IMG/VR virus record: IMGVR_UViG_3300025389_000108
Location: 1 to 25,431 of that record
Length of the DNA: 25,431 bases
Direction: 5' to 3' (one strand)
DNA from: a virus
Lineage: Duplodnaviria > Caudoviricetes
Shown here: piece after piece, positions 1-9,082 of the stretch
Layout: every line of letters begins with the position of its first letter
Position numbering within the stretch: the stretch's first letter is position 1
Position numbers and translations under genes: made by a program
Notes under the pieces: generated by a model
The model's input: the letters and a program-made list of their open reading frames with translations, nothing else
The model's database searches: none
Told to the model about the DNA's origin: nothing

Positions 1-244
1 GACCCTGGTATAATTGTAATACTCTAAGTATTTCATTTTCAACGGTACTAGTACTATTAACTGCTTGTGACGTTCCAATCATTCCAGGTAAAAGGCTACC
101 AAAACCAGGCGTAGTAAACCCTATTCCTAATGGTTCTTTAAGCCATAGGGCAATGTCTTGAGCTAATTTATTTGAACCGTAGGAAAATTGCAGTTTCCCA
201 CCATTAAGTTGAATATCTCCATTGCTAACTGTGATCGTCTTCAT
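1..244 (-). CDS. Baseplate wedge protein, gp25/GpW-like (partial, runs off the window)
   Basis: Not in the ORF track. My translation from the ATG at 244 is MKTITVSNGDIQLNGGKLQFSYGSNKLAQDIALWLKEPLGIGFTTPGFGSLLPGMIG..., open to base 1. The NGD...KLxQD...L..P.G....P.FGS.L pattern is typical of gp25-like proteins, and the gene follows the hub and spike genes. Confidence 0.8.
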   Translation of the reverse strand, partial: MKTITVSNGDIQLNGGKLQFSYGSNKLAQDIALWLKEPLGIGFTTPGFGSLLPGMIGTSQAVNSTSTVENEILRVLQLYQG

Positions 245-276
245 AATATCTTAGGCAAAATAAGGGGTTTTATACA

Positions 277-1752
277 TTAGTACTTGATAATCTTGGTAAC
301 CACGGCATATGGTTGCATGTTATTGTGACCAGAAGCTGTTGTAGCGGTGTTTCCGCTGGTTGTAAGCCCCGTTTGGGCAGGCACTGTAAAACCAAGACCA
401 GGAATGGCTACACTACCTGTAACTGCTTGTGAGGCAATAGAAAGAGATGGAATAGAAAGAGATGGAATGGAAAGTCCTGGAATGGAAAGTCCTGGAATGG
501 AAGCAGAATTAACAGTGAGTGAAGGGATGCTAACACTAACTCCAGATAGACTGTGGGAGTGACCAGAATCACTGGCACTGACAGTAATACTTGGTGTTTG
601 AGAGTCAGTAGATTCTGAACTAATACGTGCTGACTTAACACCACCAGTTACTGTACCTGTACCAATATTATAAGAACCGGTAAGATTGCTCGATACTTCC
701 CAAAAAGGACCAGCTGTAGGAGTTATACTGTGGCTGTGAGAACTTTGGGAAGCACTTGCACCAATATTAGCATTACCGGTTGCAGTATTCCCAGAACTAA
801 TACTAGCACTACCTGCTGAAGTTGTGGTTGTACCAGTGTTTCCTGTACCGGTAGTACCCGTACCAGTGGTACCTCCACCTGTAGCACCGGTACCAGTAGA
901 ACCGCCAGATGTATTTAAACTTACGCTAGAACTTGTACCTGTGTTGGTTGTTCCTGTAGAACTTGGTACTGTAAACGTGTGGGTGTGAGTTGCTAAAGGT
1001 GTTTCTGCAGTAACAAGAGTGTGGTTTTCTTCACCACTAACTGCTGCTAAAGTTCTATTTGTAAGACCAGTTCCAGAACCTGCGCCGATAGATACTCTTC
1101 CTCGCATATCCGGTACATTAAAATTAGTGCCTGATCCACCCCATGCATAGCCAATTGCGGCAAATAGGGCAGCATAAGTAGTAGTAGAATAGTTAGAACC
1201 GTCGCAAAGCAAATATCCACTTGGAGCTGTTGCTCCAGCATAATCAAGCATTACTCCTGGAGGAGTTGAAACGCTAACAGGGTGTGGTTGAAATGATGCT
1301 TCAATTGGGCTTGTAGCAGTTAATACATAACCAGTTGTAGTTTGACCACCACTTATAGCAATGTTGCCAATGCTTAATGATCCATTAATTAATATTCCAC
1401 TAGCAACTGTTACATTGTTAAGACTGCTAGTCGCTGGTGCTGGCAGTGAGGCAGTGCTATTAATTTGACGAGTATTAGGATCAAACAAACCGGCATATAG
1501 ATATAGTCTATAAAGAGTAGTACGTTTTTCTACCCACCAGACTTGGTACTGTTGAATTTGATCAAGAACTACACCAGCTGGCAATGCTTGTAGGTCAATT
1601 TGATATTGAAAACCATTTTGATCAAAACCAAGACAATAGTAATTTTGGGAAGCACCAGCTGTATTGCTAAGGGGATTAATTTGTGGATTAGACGTTAGGG
1701 TAACTTTGCGTACACCAGATTTAGTATCATACTTTTGACCTGTTACACTCAT
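277..1752 (-). CDS. Central spike/tail fibre protein with a tail-collar domain and HxH needle
   Basis: 491 aa. Collar motifs PPGVMLDYAGATAPSGYLLCDGS, FNVPDMRGRV, GEENHTL and C-terminal HNNMQPYAVVTKIIKY. HxH motifs THTHT, SHSHS and GHSHS. Lies between the hub and gp25-like genes. Confidence 0.85.
   Translation of the reverse strand: MSVTGQKYDTKSGVRKVTLTSNPQINPLSNTAGASQNYYCLGFDQNGFQYQIDLQALPAGVVLDQIQQYQVWWVEKRTTLYRLYLYAGLFDPNTRQINSTASLPAPATSSLNNVTVASGILINGSLSIGNIAISGGQTTTGYVLTATSPIEASFQPHPVSVSTPPGVMLDYAGATAPSGYLLCDGSNYSTTTYAALFAAIGYAWGGSGTNFNVPDMRGRVSIGAGSGTGLTNRTLAAVSGEENHTLVTAETPLATHTHTFTVPSSTGTTNTGTSSSVSLNTSGGSTGTGATGGGTTGTGTTGTGNTGTTTTSAGSASISSGNTATGNANIGASASQSSHSHSITPTAGPFWEVSSNLTGSYNIGTGTVTGGVKSARISSESTDSQTPSITVSASDSGHSHSLSGVSVSIPSLTVNSASIPGLSIPGLSIPSLSIPSLSIASQAVTGSVAIPGLGFTVPAQTGLTTSGNTATTASGHNNMQPYAVVTKIIKY
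436..502. repeat. 15-bp coding tandem repeat (SIPGL/SIPSL units)
   Basis: aatagaaagagatgg x2 (436-465), aatggaaagtcctgg x2 (466-495), then a partial copy. Confidence 0.9.
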
Positions 1753-4466
1753 TGTACAAACTCCAGTCCGTAATGCATAACTGTTCCATTTTTCATTGGA
1801 GCAGTCATCGTTGCCTGAGTAGTAAACCCACCACTTCGGTCACCATTGTGTGTTACTGATACACAATAGAATTGGTATTGATCTTGACCGCCGCTTTCAT
1901 TGTCAAGGTTAAGAACAACTCTCATACCAGGGTATAGTTCTGGCATAAAAGTAAGCGTTACGTTGCTTGTAAATTGGTTTGCCCATTGTTGCATAAAAGT
2001 TTGTAGACCAAAGAAATATTCAAGAGCGTGGCTGTGGATAACATTTACTTCTTGTGGAAATGGTCGAATGCCATATCTTTGTAAGAAATTGAGAGCAATT
2101 TGAGCATTTTGTTGGTCAGTTGCAGTATTACCTACTTGTTGACCAAATAAAAGTTGCATAGTGGTAACATCTTGAATACTAACAACACCATTGGTACTCA
2201 TGTAGTCAACAATGTTAATAGATTGACCAATACCTGAAGTATCACCAATAACTGCTACGTGAGTAACTAATGCATCATCACTGTGGTAAATTTGGAAGTC
2301 AATAATTTCAATATCACATATCTCCATTACAGGATCCATACCATAAATTCCATACCAATCAGGAAACCAAGCTACAAAATCTCCGTTGGGAGCACTCATA
2401 TATGTTCTTAATCCAGCTTGCACTACTTGATGCAAATCTTGCATTAATGGATTATCCAATATAAACGCTCTTGGAGTACCTTGGATTGTAGAAGCAACAA
2501 TGTTGTAATTAGGTGATATCCATTGAGTATTCCATCCTTGAATATCAGTAACTAATGTAGAAGTTTCTGTAGTTGAATAATTAGCATTGGCAGATGTGCT
2601 TGGTACTGTTACAGATTGTCTAAAGTATTGACCCCAACCTGGGTGTAGAGTTAATGGTCTACGAGCACCCATATATGACATTCCCCAACCAGGAGGGCTT
2701 CCGCCATTTTTAATTTGTGACCAATAAACAGGACTTTCTCCTACAGGTTTGCCATAGGTAGATGATTGAATCATTGTTGCTTTGTCGTTTATAAATGGAG
2801 TTTCAAGGTAAGTTACGTGACCTGGTTGTTTAGAACCATCGCTAGGAACATCCCAAAACAACAAATCACCTGGGATTGGCATTTGATTAGGTGGAATCCA
2901 TAGACCACATTTATTATTATCAGAGTTGCTACCAGTACCAAATTGCGAATAAGTGTTTCCACCAATTGTAATACCAATTTGTCGGTAACCCCATTGTACT
3001 AAACCAGAACAGTCAAAATAACCACCGCTATTTTTACCTGGAGTGTTTGGTGTTTCACGGTAATGAGCTCCACTAGTATCTTGACTATATTGAGCACCAA
3101 ATTGTTGGCGTAGGTAATAATTTAATGCTTCAACAGCACTTGTAAGAACCTGAGAAGTAACATTGTTTTGTGAATTGATACCAAGATATGATTGAGTATT
3201 GGTTATGGTAGATTGTTGAATTACTTGTTGAGGGCCTGGTGATGATACTTGAGATTGATCAGCCCATGATATTTCAATATATGCATAATCAACAGCAACT
3301 TTATTGCTCCATTGAGTTGGGTCACCAATGGCGGCATTTAGATAAGCAACAACTCCAGGGTGACATTGCACAGCGTTAGAATTAGGTTCTGCTACAGTGG
3401 AACCATTTTGATAAACAAGGTTGCCATCTTTATCGACTTTTTGAGTTACAGTTGTTGCTCTAAGTGCTACAACTCTATTGGTTTTAGTATTTGTGAGAAG
3501 CAACATTCTTCCGTTATACTTATCTGTTGAATTATAAGCATTTTCAGAAATCCAACTTTTAGCATTATTGATAATATTTGGATCAGGATTAGTTATATAA
3601 GAAAATGGAACACTGCAATAATAAATATTTTCATCGGTTTTATTAAGACTTACTGGATTCATTGAACTTGGTCCAGGAAAATATTGTTTATTTTTACCAT
3701 TTATAGCTGCAGTTTTTAAAGCTATAGCTCTTGATACAGAAAAATTAGTTCCCACGCCACCATCTGGTGCAGCAGTATCTTTTACAGTTTGTTGTTTACC
3801 ATAAACATATTTATTGTTAGAATTACTTTGACCGCTAGTAATATTATTAACACCAACAATAGTTGCAATAGTTTGTACTGTAGTTTGATTGATTGTGCTA
3901 TTATAATTATCTTGGTTTTTAGCAATAGTACCAGCTAAATCAAGAAATTTTTGAGGAACTGGTGCAACATGAATTCTACTAGGATCCCAACCGGCTACCT
4001 TAGTTAATAAATTAACAACAACTTGCGAGATACCACCATCATTTAAAGTTGCATTGCTGCTAGCTGCAGAACTATCCATGTAGTTAAGTAGCAATGATTG
4101 GTATTCCAACAAAGTGTCATCCCAGTATGTTTGCTGGAGGTTTCTTAATGTGCACGATGCTTGGATTTGAATGGGTGTAGGAACCAATGTTTCAATAGGT
4201 GCTAACGTTACATAACCTGTAAAAACTTGTACATAATTAGTTCTTTTAAGGAACACGGTAATTTTGTCCATAGTATTAATTACACGGTTATATTTGCGTC
4301 TTGGGTTTGCAAGCGTAGCGTTAAAAGTACTAACTGCATTTAAATTGCGAGTAACTTGAAAATTCATTATATCATTAGATACGTCAAGAACACCGTTTTT
4401 TAACGTGCTAATAGTGCAGCTAATATCTGGTGTATAAGTAAAAGTACCTGCGTTATTAAGACCCAT
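1749..4466 (-). CDS. Baseplate hub/tail-associated lysin with an NlpC/P60 peptidase domain
   Basis: 905 aa. Hub-like N-terminus (DVSNDI...VTRNLNAVSTF.ATL.NP...VFTGYV) and C-terminus (LTFMPELYPGMRV...FYCVSVTH...GFTTQATM). Internal NlpC/P60 motifs FDCSGLVQWGY, PGDLLF, GHV and YMGARRP. Confidence 0.85.
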   Translation of the reverse strand: MGLNNAGTFTYTPDISCTISTLKNGVLDVSNDIMNFQVTRNLNAVSTFNATLANPRRKYNRVINTMDKITVFLKRTNYVQVFTGYVTLAPIETLVPTPIQIQASCTLRNLQQTYWDDTLLEYQSLLLNYMDSSAASSNATLNDGGISQVVVNLLTKVAGWDPSRIHVAPVPQKFLDLAGTIAKNQDNYNSTINQTTVQTIATIVGVNNITSGQSNSNNKYVYGKQQTVKDTAAPDGGVGTNFSVSRAIALKTAAINGKNKQYFPGPSSMNPVSLNKTDENIYYCSVPFSYITNPDPNIINNAKSWISENAYNSTDKYNGRMLLLTNTKTNRVVALRATTVTQKVDKDGNLVYQNGSTVAEPNSNAVQCHPGVVAYLNAAIGDPTQWSNKVAVDYAYIEISWADQSQVSSPGPQQVIQQSTITNTQSYLGINSQNNVTSQVLTSAVEALNYYLRQQFGAQYSQDTSGAHYRETPNTPGKNSGGYFDCSGLVQWGYRQIGITIGGNTYSQFGTGSNSDNNKCGLWIPPNQMPIPGDLLFWDVPSDGSKQPGHVTYLETPFINDKATMIQSSTYGKPVGESPVYWSQIKNGGSPPGWGMSYMGARRPLTLHPGWGQYFRQSVTVPSTSANANYSTTETSTLVTDIQGWNTQWISPNYNIVASTIQGTPRAFILDNPLMQDLHQVVQAGLRTYMSAPNGDFVAWFPDWYGIYGMDPVMEICDIEIIDFQIYHSDDALVTHVAVIGDTSGIGQSINIVDYMSTNGVVSIQDVTTMQLLFGQQVGNTATDQQNAQIALNFLQRYGIRPFPQEVNVIHSHALEYFFGLQTFMQQWANQFTSNVTLTFMPELYPGMRVVLNLDNESGGQDQYQFYCVSVTHNGDRSGGFTTQATMTAPMKNGTVMHYGLEFVQ

Positions 4467-5140
4467 TATTTTGGCAATCCTTGAATTAAGTTGGTACCGG
4501 AAACTAATACATTAACGTTGATCCAATTTGAACCATATGCATTTTGCGTAGCAGCGGTTGGTGCAAAAGTGGTTGATGATGTAACACTAGTTGTTGAATT
4601 TAGATAAGAAGGAGTATTTGCAGCAGTTATGCTAGTTGTATTAGGATTAATCACTATCATATTATAGTTTGTCATATAGACATTTTGAAATCTAATATAG
4701 TTTTTTTCTACTTGTTGAATCCAACCGCTATATTTTAAAGAAGACAAAGGTTGTTGGCTAATAAGCGTGTTGTAAATTGGCGAACTTTTATCACTATTGT
4801 TGTAATAGTTTAATATCATGGGGGTATTTGTACTACCATTAACAAGAGATTGCTGATGTTTTCTCATGATATCTTGGAAATATTGCATTTTACCGAAACC
4901 ATCTTTAGGGTCAAAATTTTCAAACCCAAGATCAGCGGCTTTGCTTGTGCCAACCAATGGCCATGATATAGAAAATTGCACAGAAGTTTCACCACGACGA
5001 ATTGGCATCCAGCTAACTCCATTGCGTACTTGTCCACTGTTAAATTCAGTTATTGAAGCCGTCGCAAAAGTCTGCATCCATATTTCAAATGTGATGCTTT
5101 TATTACCGTCGTATAGAGTTACTGTTGCGTTCCCAGCCAT
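4466..5140 (-). CDS. Baseplate/tail-tip structural protein
   Basis: 224 aa, translationally coupled to the hub gene and located between the tape measure and hub. Function inferred from gene order. Confidence 0.6.
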   Translation of the reverse strand: MAGNATVTLYDGNKSITFEIWMQTFATASITEFNSGQVRNGVSWMPIRRGETSVQFSISWPLVGTSKAADLGFENFDPKDGFGKMQYFQDIMRKHQQSLVNGSTNTPMILNYYNNSDKSSPIYNTLISQQPLSSLKYSGWIQQVEKNYIRFQNVYMTNYNMIVINPNTTSITAANTPSYLNSTTSVTSSTTFAPTAATQNAYGSNWINVNVLVSGTNLIQGLPK

Positions 5141-5292
5141 TGCTGCCAGCTTTCATTGCTACTAACATTAGTAACTTCATGCATCATGCCTGTGCTGCTC
5201 CATGCCATTCCATTAAATGTTACGGTTTGTCTTCCTGGTTGCACAATAGGGTTAGATATTTTGCAGTTAGAATATGAATAATCTTGAATCAT
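5119..5292 (-). CDS. Small hypothetical protein (57 aa) in the baseplate module
   Basis: Not in the ORF track. MIQDYSYSNCKISNPIVQPGRQTVTFNGMAWSSTGMMHEVTNVSSNESWQQWLGTQQ starts 2 nt after the upstream stop, fills the gap and overlaps the next gene by 22 nt. Confidence 0.6.
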   Translation of the reverse strand: MIQDYSYSNCKISNPIVQPGRQTVTFNGMAWSSTGMMHEVTNVSSNESWQQWLGTQQ

Positions 5293-5294
5293 TG

Positions 5295-5831
5295 TTATTT
5301 CCCAGTTAAGTTAAGATTTACGCTAGTAGTGGTAAAACCAATATAATCGGCATTATATCCAACACCATTGGTTATTCTGTTTAATGCATCATTTGTTACT
5401 GCAGTAGATAATTGAGTACTGCTACTTAAATCTCCGTCTACTTCAAAAGCCATATTGTATTGATAAGTTACAGTGTCAACTCCCCAACCTATTTGCATTT
5501 GCTCCAACCATACGTTCATAGTGATACCTTGGCTAGCAACATTCAAAGTCATACTAGTTTTATGTTTATTTTGATTGTCTTGCATCGTTTTAAACTGGCT
5601 ATATAGATTCAAAAGTCTTTGTCTACTTCCAGCTTCACCTTGCAAAAATACTGTATTAACTCGTGTAGACAACAATTGTGTTACACGTCCACCAATCGTA
5701 CTATAACTGCTTGTATTCATTTGATACGTCCAAGAAAGACTATTTACATTGAACGGGAAACTGTATGTTATTCCTGTTGTGTTATCGGTTAAGGTCGCAG
5801 TTTCGTACTTGTTGTCAAACTGTGTTGCCAT
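5295..5831 (-). CDS. Tail tube initiator/baseplate tube-like protein
   Basis: 178 aa directly after the tape measure gene. The FPFNVNSLSWTY...T.GG pattern resembles tube-initiator proteins of contractile tails. Confidence 0.6.
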   Translation of the reverse strand: MATQFDNKYETATLTDNTTGITYSFPFNVNSLSWTYQMNTSSYSTIGGRVTQLLSTRVNTVFLQGEAGSRQRLLNLYSQFKTMQDNQNKHKTSMTLNVASQGITMNVWLEQMQIGWGVDTVTYQYNMAFEVDGDLSSSTQLSTAVTNDALNRITNGVGYNADYIGFTTTSVNLNLTGK

Positions 5832-5833
5832 TT

Positions 5834-8113
5834 TTATGCACCACTTGGATTATTTACACGAGCACTAGGGCTTGTTGCAGCAGCATTTGCACTTTGAACT
5901 GTAGCAGTAATAATGTTTTGTAGACCAGGTGCTAGGTTCACTTGTACTGTTACTCCATTAGAGGTTGTTGCAGAAGAAGATCCTCCAGCACCAAGACCTG
6001 TTGAATTAAACCCTACACTATTTAAAGATTGTGATAAGTTGCTATTGTCTGTTGAACCCAACAAAGTAGAATTGGCTGGCACTCCTTGTGTTCCTGTTCC
6101 TGGTGTTCCTAATGCAACATTAGACGGTCCGGCATTAGATGAAATACCTCTTGATTGTTTAATAATTTCCCATGCCCAAACAACGGCCTGCTGTGGCGTA
6201 GTTACGTCAGTAACACCAAGTTGCGGAAGAATAATACCTAACTTAATAGCGTATGGGTTGAGGTCTGAAGGCTTTTGAATTGAATTAACTGGTATACCAA
6301 GGTTAACCAACAATCCTAACATTGCGTTAGATTGCAATTTTTGTGCTTGAGCACCACTCATGTTTTGAGCAGCTGCATAAGCATTCATAAAAGAAACACC
6401 GGCTTGTTGTGCAAACAAAGCAGTACCAAGAGTAGTACCCATAAGTTCTTGACCAGTCATACCAGCATTTGCAGCAATTTGATTGCCAGCACCAAATGCA
6501 GCAGATGATTTACCCATTGCTATTGCTGCTTGTCCTTGATAACCAAGACTTGCTGATTTAGCTACACCCATTTGATAAGCCATGTCGGTATATGACATTG
6601 GAGTGTTACCAATTTGACTAGCAGATGTTCTAGCATTATAAAGTCCAGACATCATTTGATTTGGATTAACTCCATAAGCAAGAGCAGTATTTATTGTTTG
6701 TTGAGTTTCTCCATGACTTAAACCATATTTAGTTTGCGCTGTATAATCAAGATTCTTGTAATTGGTTTCAGCACCACCTTTTAGACCAAGTTGCATAGCT
6801 GCCATAGATGCTGTTTGTGCATCTTGACTACTATAGGTCATTCCTAAACCGTGTTGCATAGAATATAAATAATTTGAAGCTTGAAAATTCAATGCATTAT
6901 TACCATTCCATGGCATGTATTGTACTTGACCACCAGTAACATTAGCAAGTGATTGTGAAGGATATGAATATCCGCCCAAAACTGCGTTCTGTGTTCCTCT
7001 TATTGCATTGAAAGTACCAGCACCCAAGCTAGCATACTTGGCAGCAGTAATAGCAGCTGGAGATTGAGTAAATTTTTCTACAGCATTGCCAAGTTTCTCT
7101 AATATTTTTGTTTGTGTATCGCTAAAATTACCTTCTCCAGCATTTTTATTTGTAGCCATAGCACTTAAAATACCGGCAAGTTGACCTAATGCTCCACCTA
7201 TTCCAGGGATTATTCCGAGTGCACTTTGACTTATAGCACCCATTCCACCGTGAATTGCTTGAGAAGTAAGTGCATTATAATTACCTTGATTCAAAAGTTG
7301 TTGAGCTTCATTACTAAATCCACCACTTTTATTAAGTAATGGTTCTAACATTGCTTGATTTTTAATTACATCGCGTATATTTTGTGGTACTGGACGTGGA
7401 GTTTGATGCGTACCAAAACCATATGTACGAAGAGGGTTGCTATATTCTGCAGCACCAGCACCTTCTGTTCCATGTGGTGTTTGATTCATTGGGTCAAATT
7501 CATCGTCAAATTCACCCATGTCGTTGCTTGTTCCACGGCCACCGCCACCACCACGGCCTCTACCAGATCCACTAGCATTACCAAGTTCTTCTGGAGTTGG
7601 CCTTATAGTGGCATGTTTTCCAAAGAAAGTGGGTTGGTTGTAGTCAGCAAATTGTGACGACATAGCGCTGGGTGAATTAAATGGATCAACTTGCCGTTGA
7701 CGAGCTTGGTTGGCAGCAGCTGCATATTGCATTGGACTAGCGAGAGGATTAGAAAAACCATTTTGTCCTTGAGGAGCATATCCATCAATACGGCTTGTAA
7801 GCTGCGCAACACTGTTGGAACTTCCCATGATTTGAGTAATCGTTTGTAAGCTATTTCTTAAAGTTGTATCATTGGTATTGATAGACTTTGTAATTTCATC
7901 AAGCATTGTTTTTATGCCTAGCAAAACTTCATCTTTAAGATCTAATTTTTCACGTAAAGAATCAGCTTTTCCCATGGTTGTGTCCATTGAAAGATTGATA
8001 GCCTCCCAAGAATCATGCATATCTTTACTAATGCTAGCAAGACCTGCCCAACTAGACGAAATGGGTCCTGTATTATCAGGGAATTCAAATTCTAACTGTA
8101 TCGGATCTGCCAT
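5834..8113 (-). CDS. Tape measure protein
   Basis: 759 aa, Ala/Gly/Gln/Met-rich and helical-looking, immediately downstream of the chaperone pair. Confidence 0.75.
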   Translation of the reverse strand: MADPIQLEFEFPDNTGPISSSWAGLASISKDMHDSWEAINLSMDTTMGKADSLREKLDLKDEVLLGIKTMLDEITKSINTNDTTLRNSLQTITQIMGSSNSVAQLTSRIDGYAPQGQNGFSNPLASPMQYAAAANQARQRQVDPFNSPSAMSSQFADYNQPTFFGKHATIRPTPEELGNASGSGRGRGGGGGRGTSNDMGEFDDEFDPMNQTPHGTEGAGAAEYSNPLRTYGFGTHQTPRPVPQNIRDVIKNQAMLEPLLNKSGGFSNEAQQLLNQGNYNALTSQAIHGGMGAISQSALGIIPGIGGALGQLAGILSAMATNKNAGEGNFSDTQTKILEKLGNAVEKFTQSPAAITAAKYASLGAGTFNAIRGTQNAVLGGYSYPSQSLANVTGGQVQYMPWNGNNALNFQASNYLYSMQHGLGMTYSSQDAQTASMAAMQLGLKGGAETNYKNLDYTAQTKYGLSHGETQQTINTALAYGVNPNQMMSGLYNARTSASQIGNTPMSYTDMAYQMGVAKSASLGYQGQAAIAMGKSSAAFGAGNQIAANAGMTGQELMGTTLGTALFAQQAGVSFMNAYAAAQNMSGAQAQKLQSNAMLGLLVNLGIPVNSIQKPSDLNPYAIKLGIILPQLGVTDVTTPQQAVVWAWEIIKQSRGISSNAGPSNVALGTPGTGTQGVPANSTLLGSTDNSNLSQSLNSVGFNSTGLGAGGSSSATTSNGVTVQVNLAPGLQNIITATVQSANAAATSPSARVNNPSGA

Positions 8114-8496
8114 TATTCATCATCTCCAATCTCGTCTAAATTAATACCACCCAATGCATCTAAGAAATTAACCTGTGCAATGGGTTCATTATCCATTTCT
8201 TTAAGCTGTTTATCAATGTCGCTAAACATGTCCATAAGTTCTGCAGCTTCTTCAATACTTTCAGGTGCCATCCATTGAACACCATCATTGCCACTTATTT
8301 CTTGTTGTTGCTTATTTTCCATGTAATCTTTATACAATGAAGGATTATTAATAAACATCATTTGTTCAAACTTTGCAGTCTCAAAATCAATTTCTTCTTT
8401 TTTGTTGCGACGAATCACAGCAGAAAGCATGGCTTCTTGAACTGAATTAAGATCAGCTTGGTTTAGTAAACCTCGAAGATAAGCTAACTCGCTCAT
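8113..8496 (-). CDS. Tail assembly chaperone, frameshift extension (gpT-like)
   Basis: 127-aa acidic ORF in the -1 frame of the upstream chaperone. The frame is open back to the CCCAAAA heptamer and there is no clear Shine-Dalgarno before the ATG. Confidence 0.75.
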   Translation of the reverse strand: MSELAYLRGLLNQADLNSVQEAMLSAVIRRNKKEEIDFETAKFEQMMFINNPSLYKDYMENKQQQEISGNDGVQWMAPESIEEAAELMDMFSDIDKQLKEMDNEPIAQVNFLDALGGINLDEIGDDE

Positions 8497-8513
8497 CTCA
8501 ATAACGTAAGGAT

Positions 8514-9038
8514 CTACTTCCCACCTTTTGGGGTATCATTTTCCTCTTCAGTTTGCTCAAATACGCTTTGACGAACAAGAGGTTCAATGATATTTAATTC
8601 TTGAAGTATAAAAATAACTTTGGTTTCCAGCATTTCAATTTCTTCATAAAGAATATCGATAACGGTGTCATACCAGTTGTTAACAATATACTCATACTTT
8701 TGTCTAATGACATTAATACCTTTACTAAGAGGTACCATATCACGGCCATCTACACTAATAAGGCCAGCTGCTACTACAGAAGCCTTGTAAGCACGACCGT
8801 AACCGATCGTTTCAATAAATGGTTTAGCCAGTAGACTAACTTCTAACTTTTCATTGATCGTTAGCGTCCTTACCACGAACTTGTGATAAGGAATACGATC
8901 TACTTCTTTTTCTAGTTTACCAAGAAATAGTAAACCTTCAAACTCGTCTTTCCACTCGTTAGGGAATGCATCAATCCCCTTACTTTCGGTCTGAGGAAGG
9001 TCTTCAATTCCCCATCCGTTTTCAATGTCTGTTGTCAT
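8514..9038 (-). CDS. Tail assembly chaperone (gpG-like)
   Basis: 174 aa, acidic, with FVVRTLT..E.LE, ending in DTPKGGK. Lies between the tube region and the tape measure. AAAGGT RBS upstream. Confidence 0.8.
   Translation of the reverse strand: MTTDIENGWGIEDLPQTESKGIDAFPNEWKDEFEGLLFLGKLEKEVDRIPYHKFVVRTLTINEKLEVSLLAKPFIETIGYGRAYKASVVAAGLISVDGRDMVPLSKGINVIRQKYEYIVNNWYDTVIDILYEEIEMLETKVIFILQELNIIEPLVRQSVFEQTEEENDTPKGGK
8526..8532 (-). promoter_or_regulatory. Programmed -1 ribosomal frameshift slippery site C CCA AAA
   Basis: XXXYYYZ heptamer in the correct phase (ACC CCA AAA GGT), three sense codons before the stop. The -1 frame reads PKRWEVDPYVIEMSELAY... into the next ORF. Confidence 0.8.
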
Positions 9039-9052
9039 GTTACCTTTGGATC

Positions 9053-9069
9053 TAGGGCCTTTCGGCCTA
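9053..9069 (-). terminator. GAAA-tetraloop hairpin (possible terminator, attenuator or mRNA-stabilising element)
   Basis: The minus strand reads TAGGCC-GAAA-GGCC(C)TA in the 44-nt intergenic gap. No U-tract follows. Confidence 0.45.
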
Positions 9070-9082
9070 CCAGTTGATTTAA

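Noticed and set aside
7530-7580. GSGRGRGGGGGRG segment in the tape measure as an RGG RNA-binding domain
   Set aside because: Short Gly-rich linkers are common in tape measure proteins and there is no further support.
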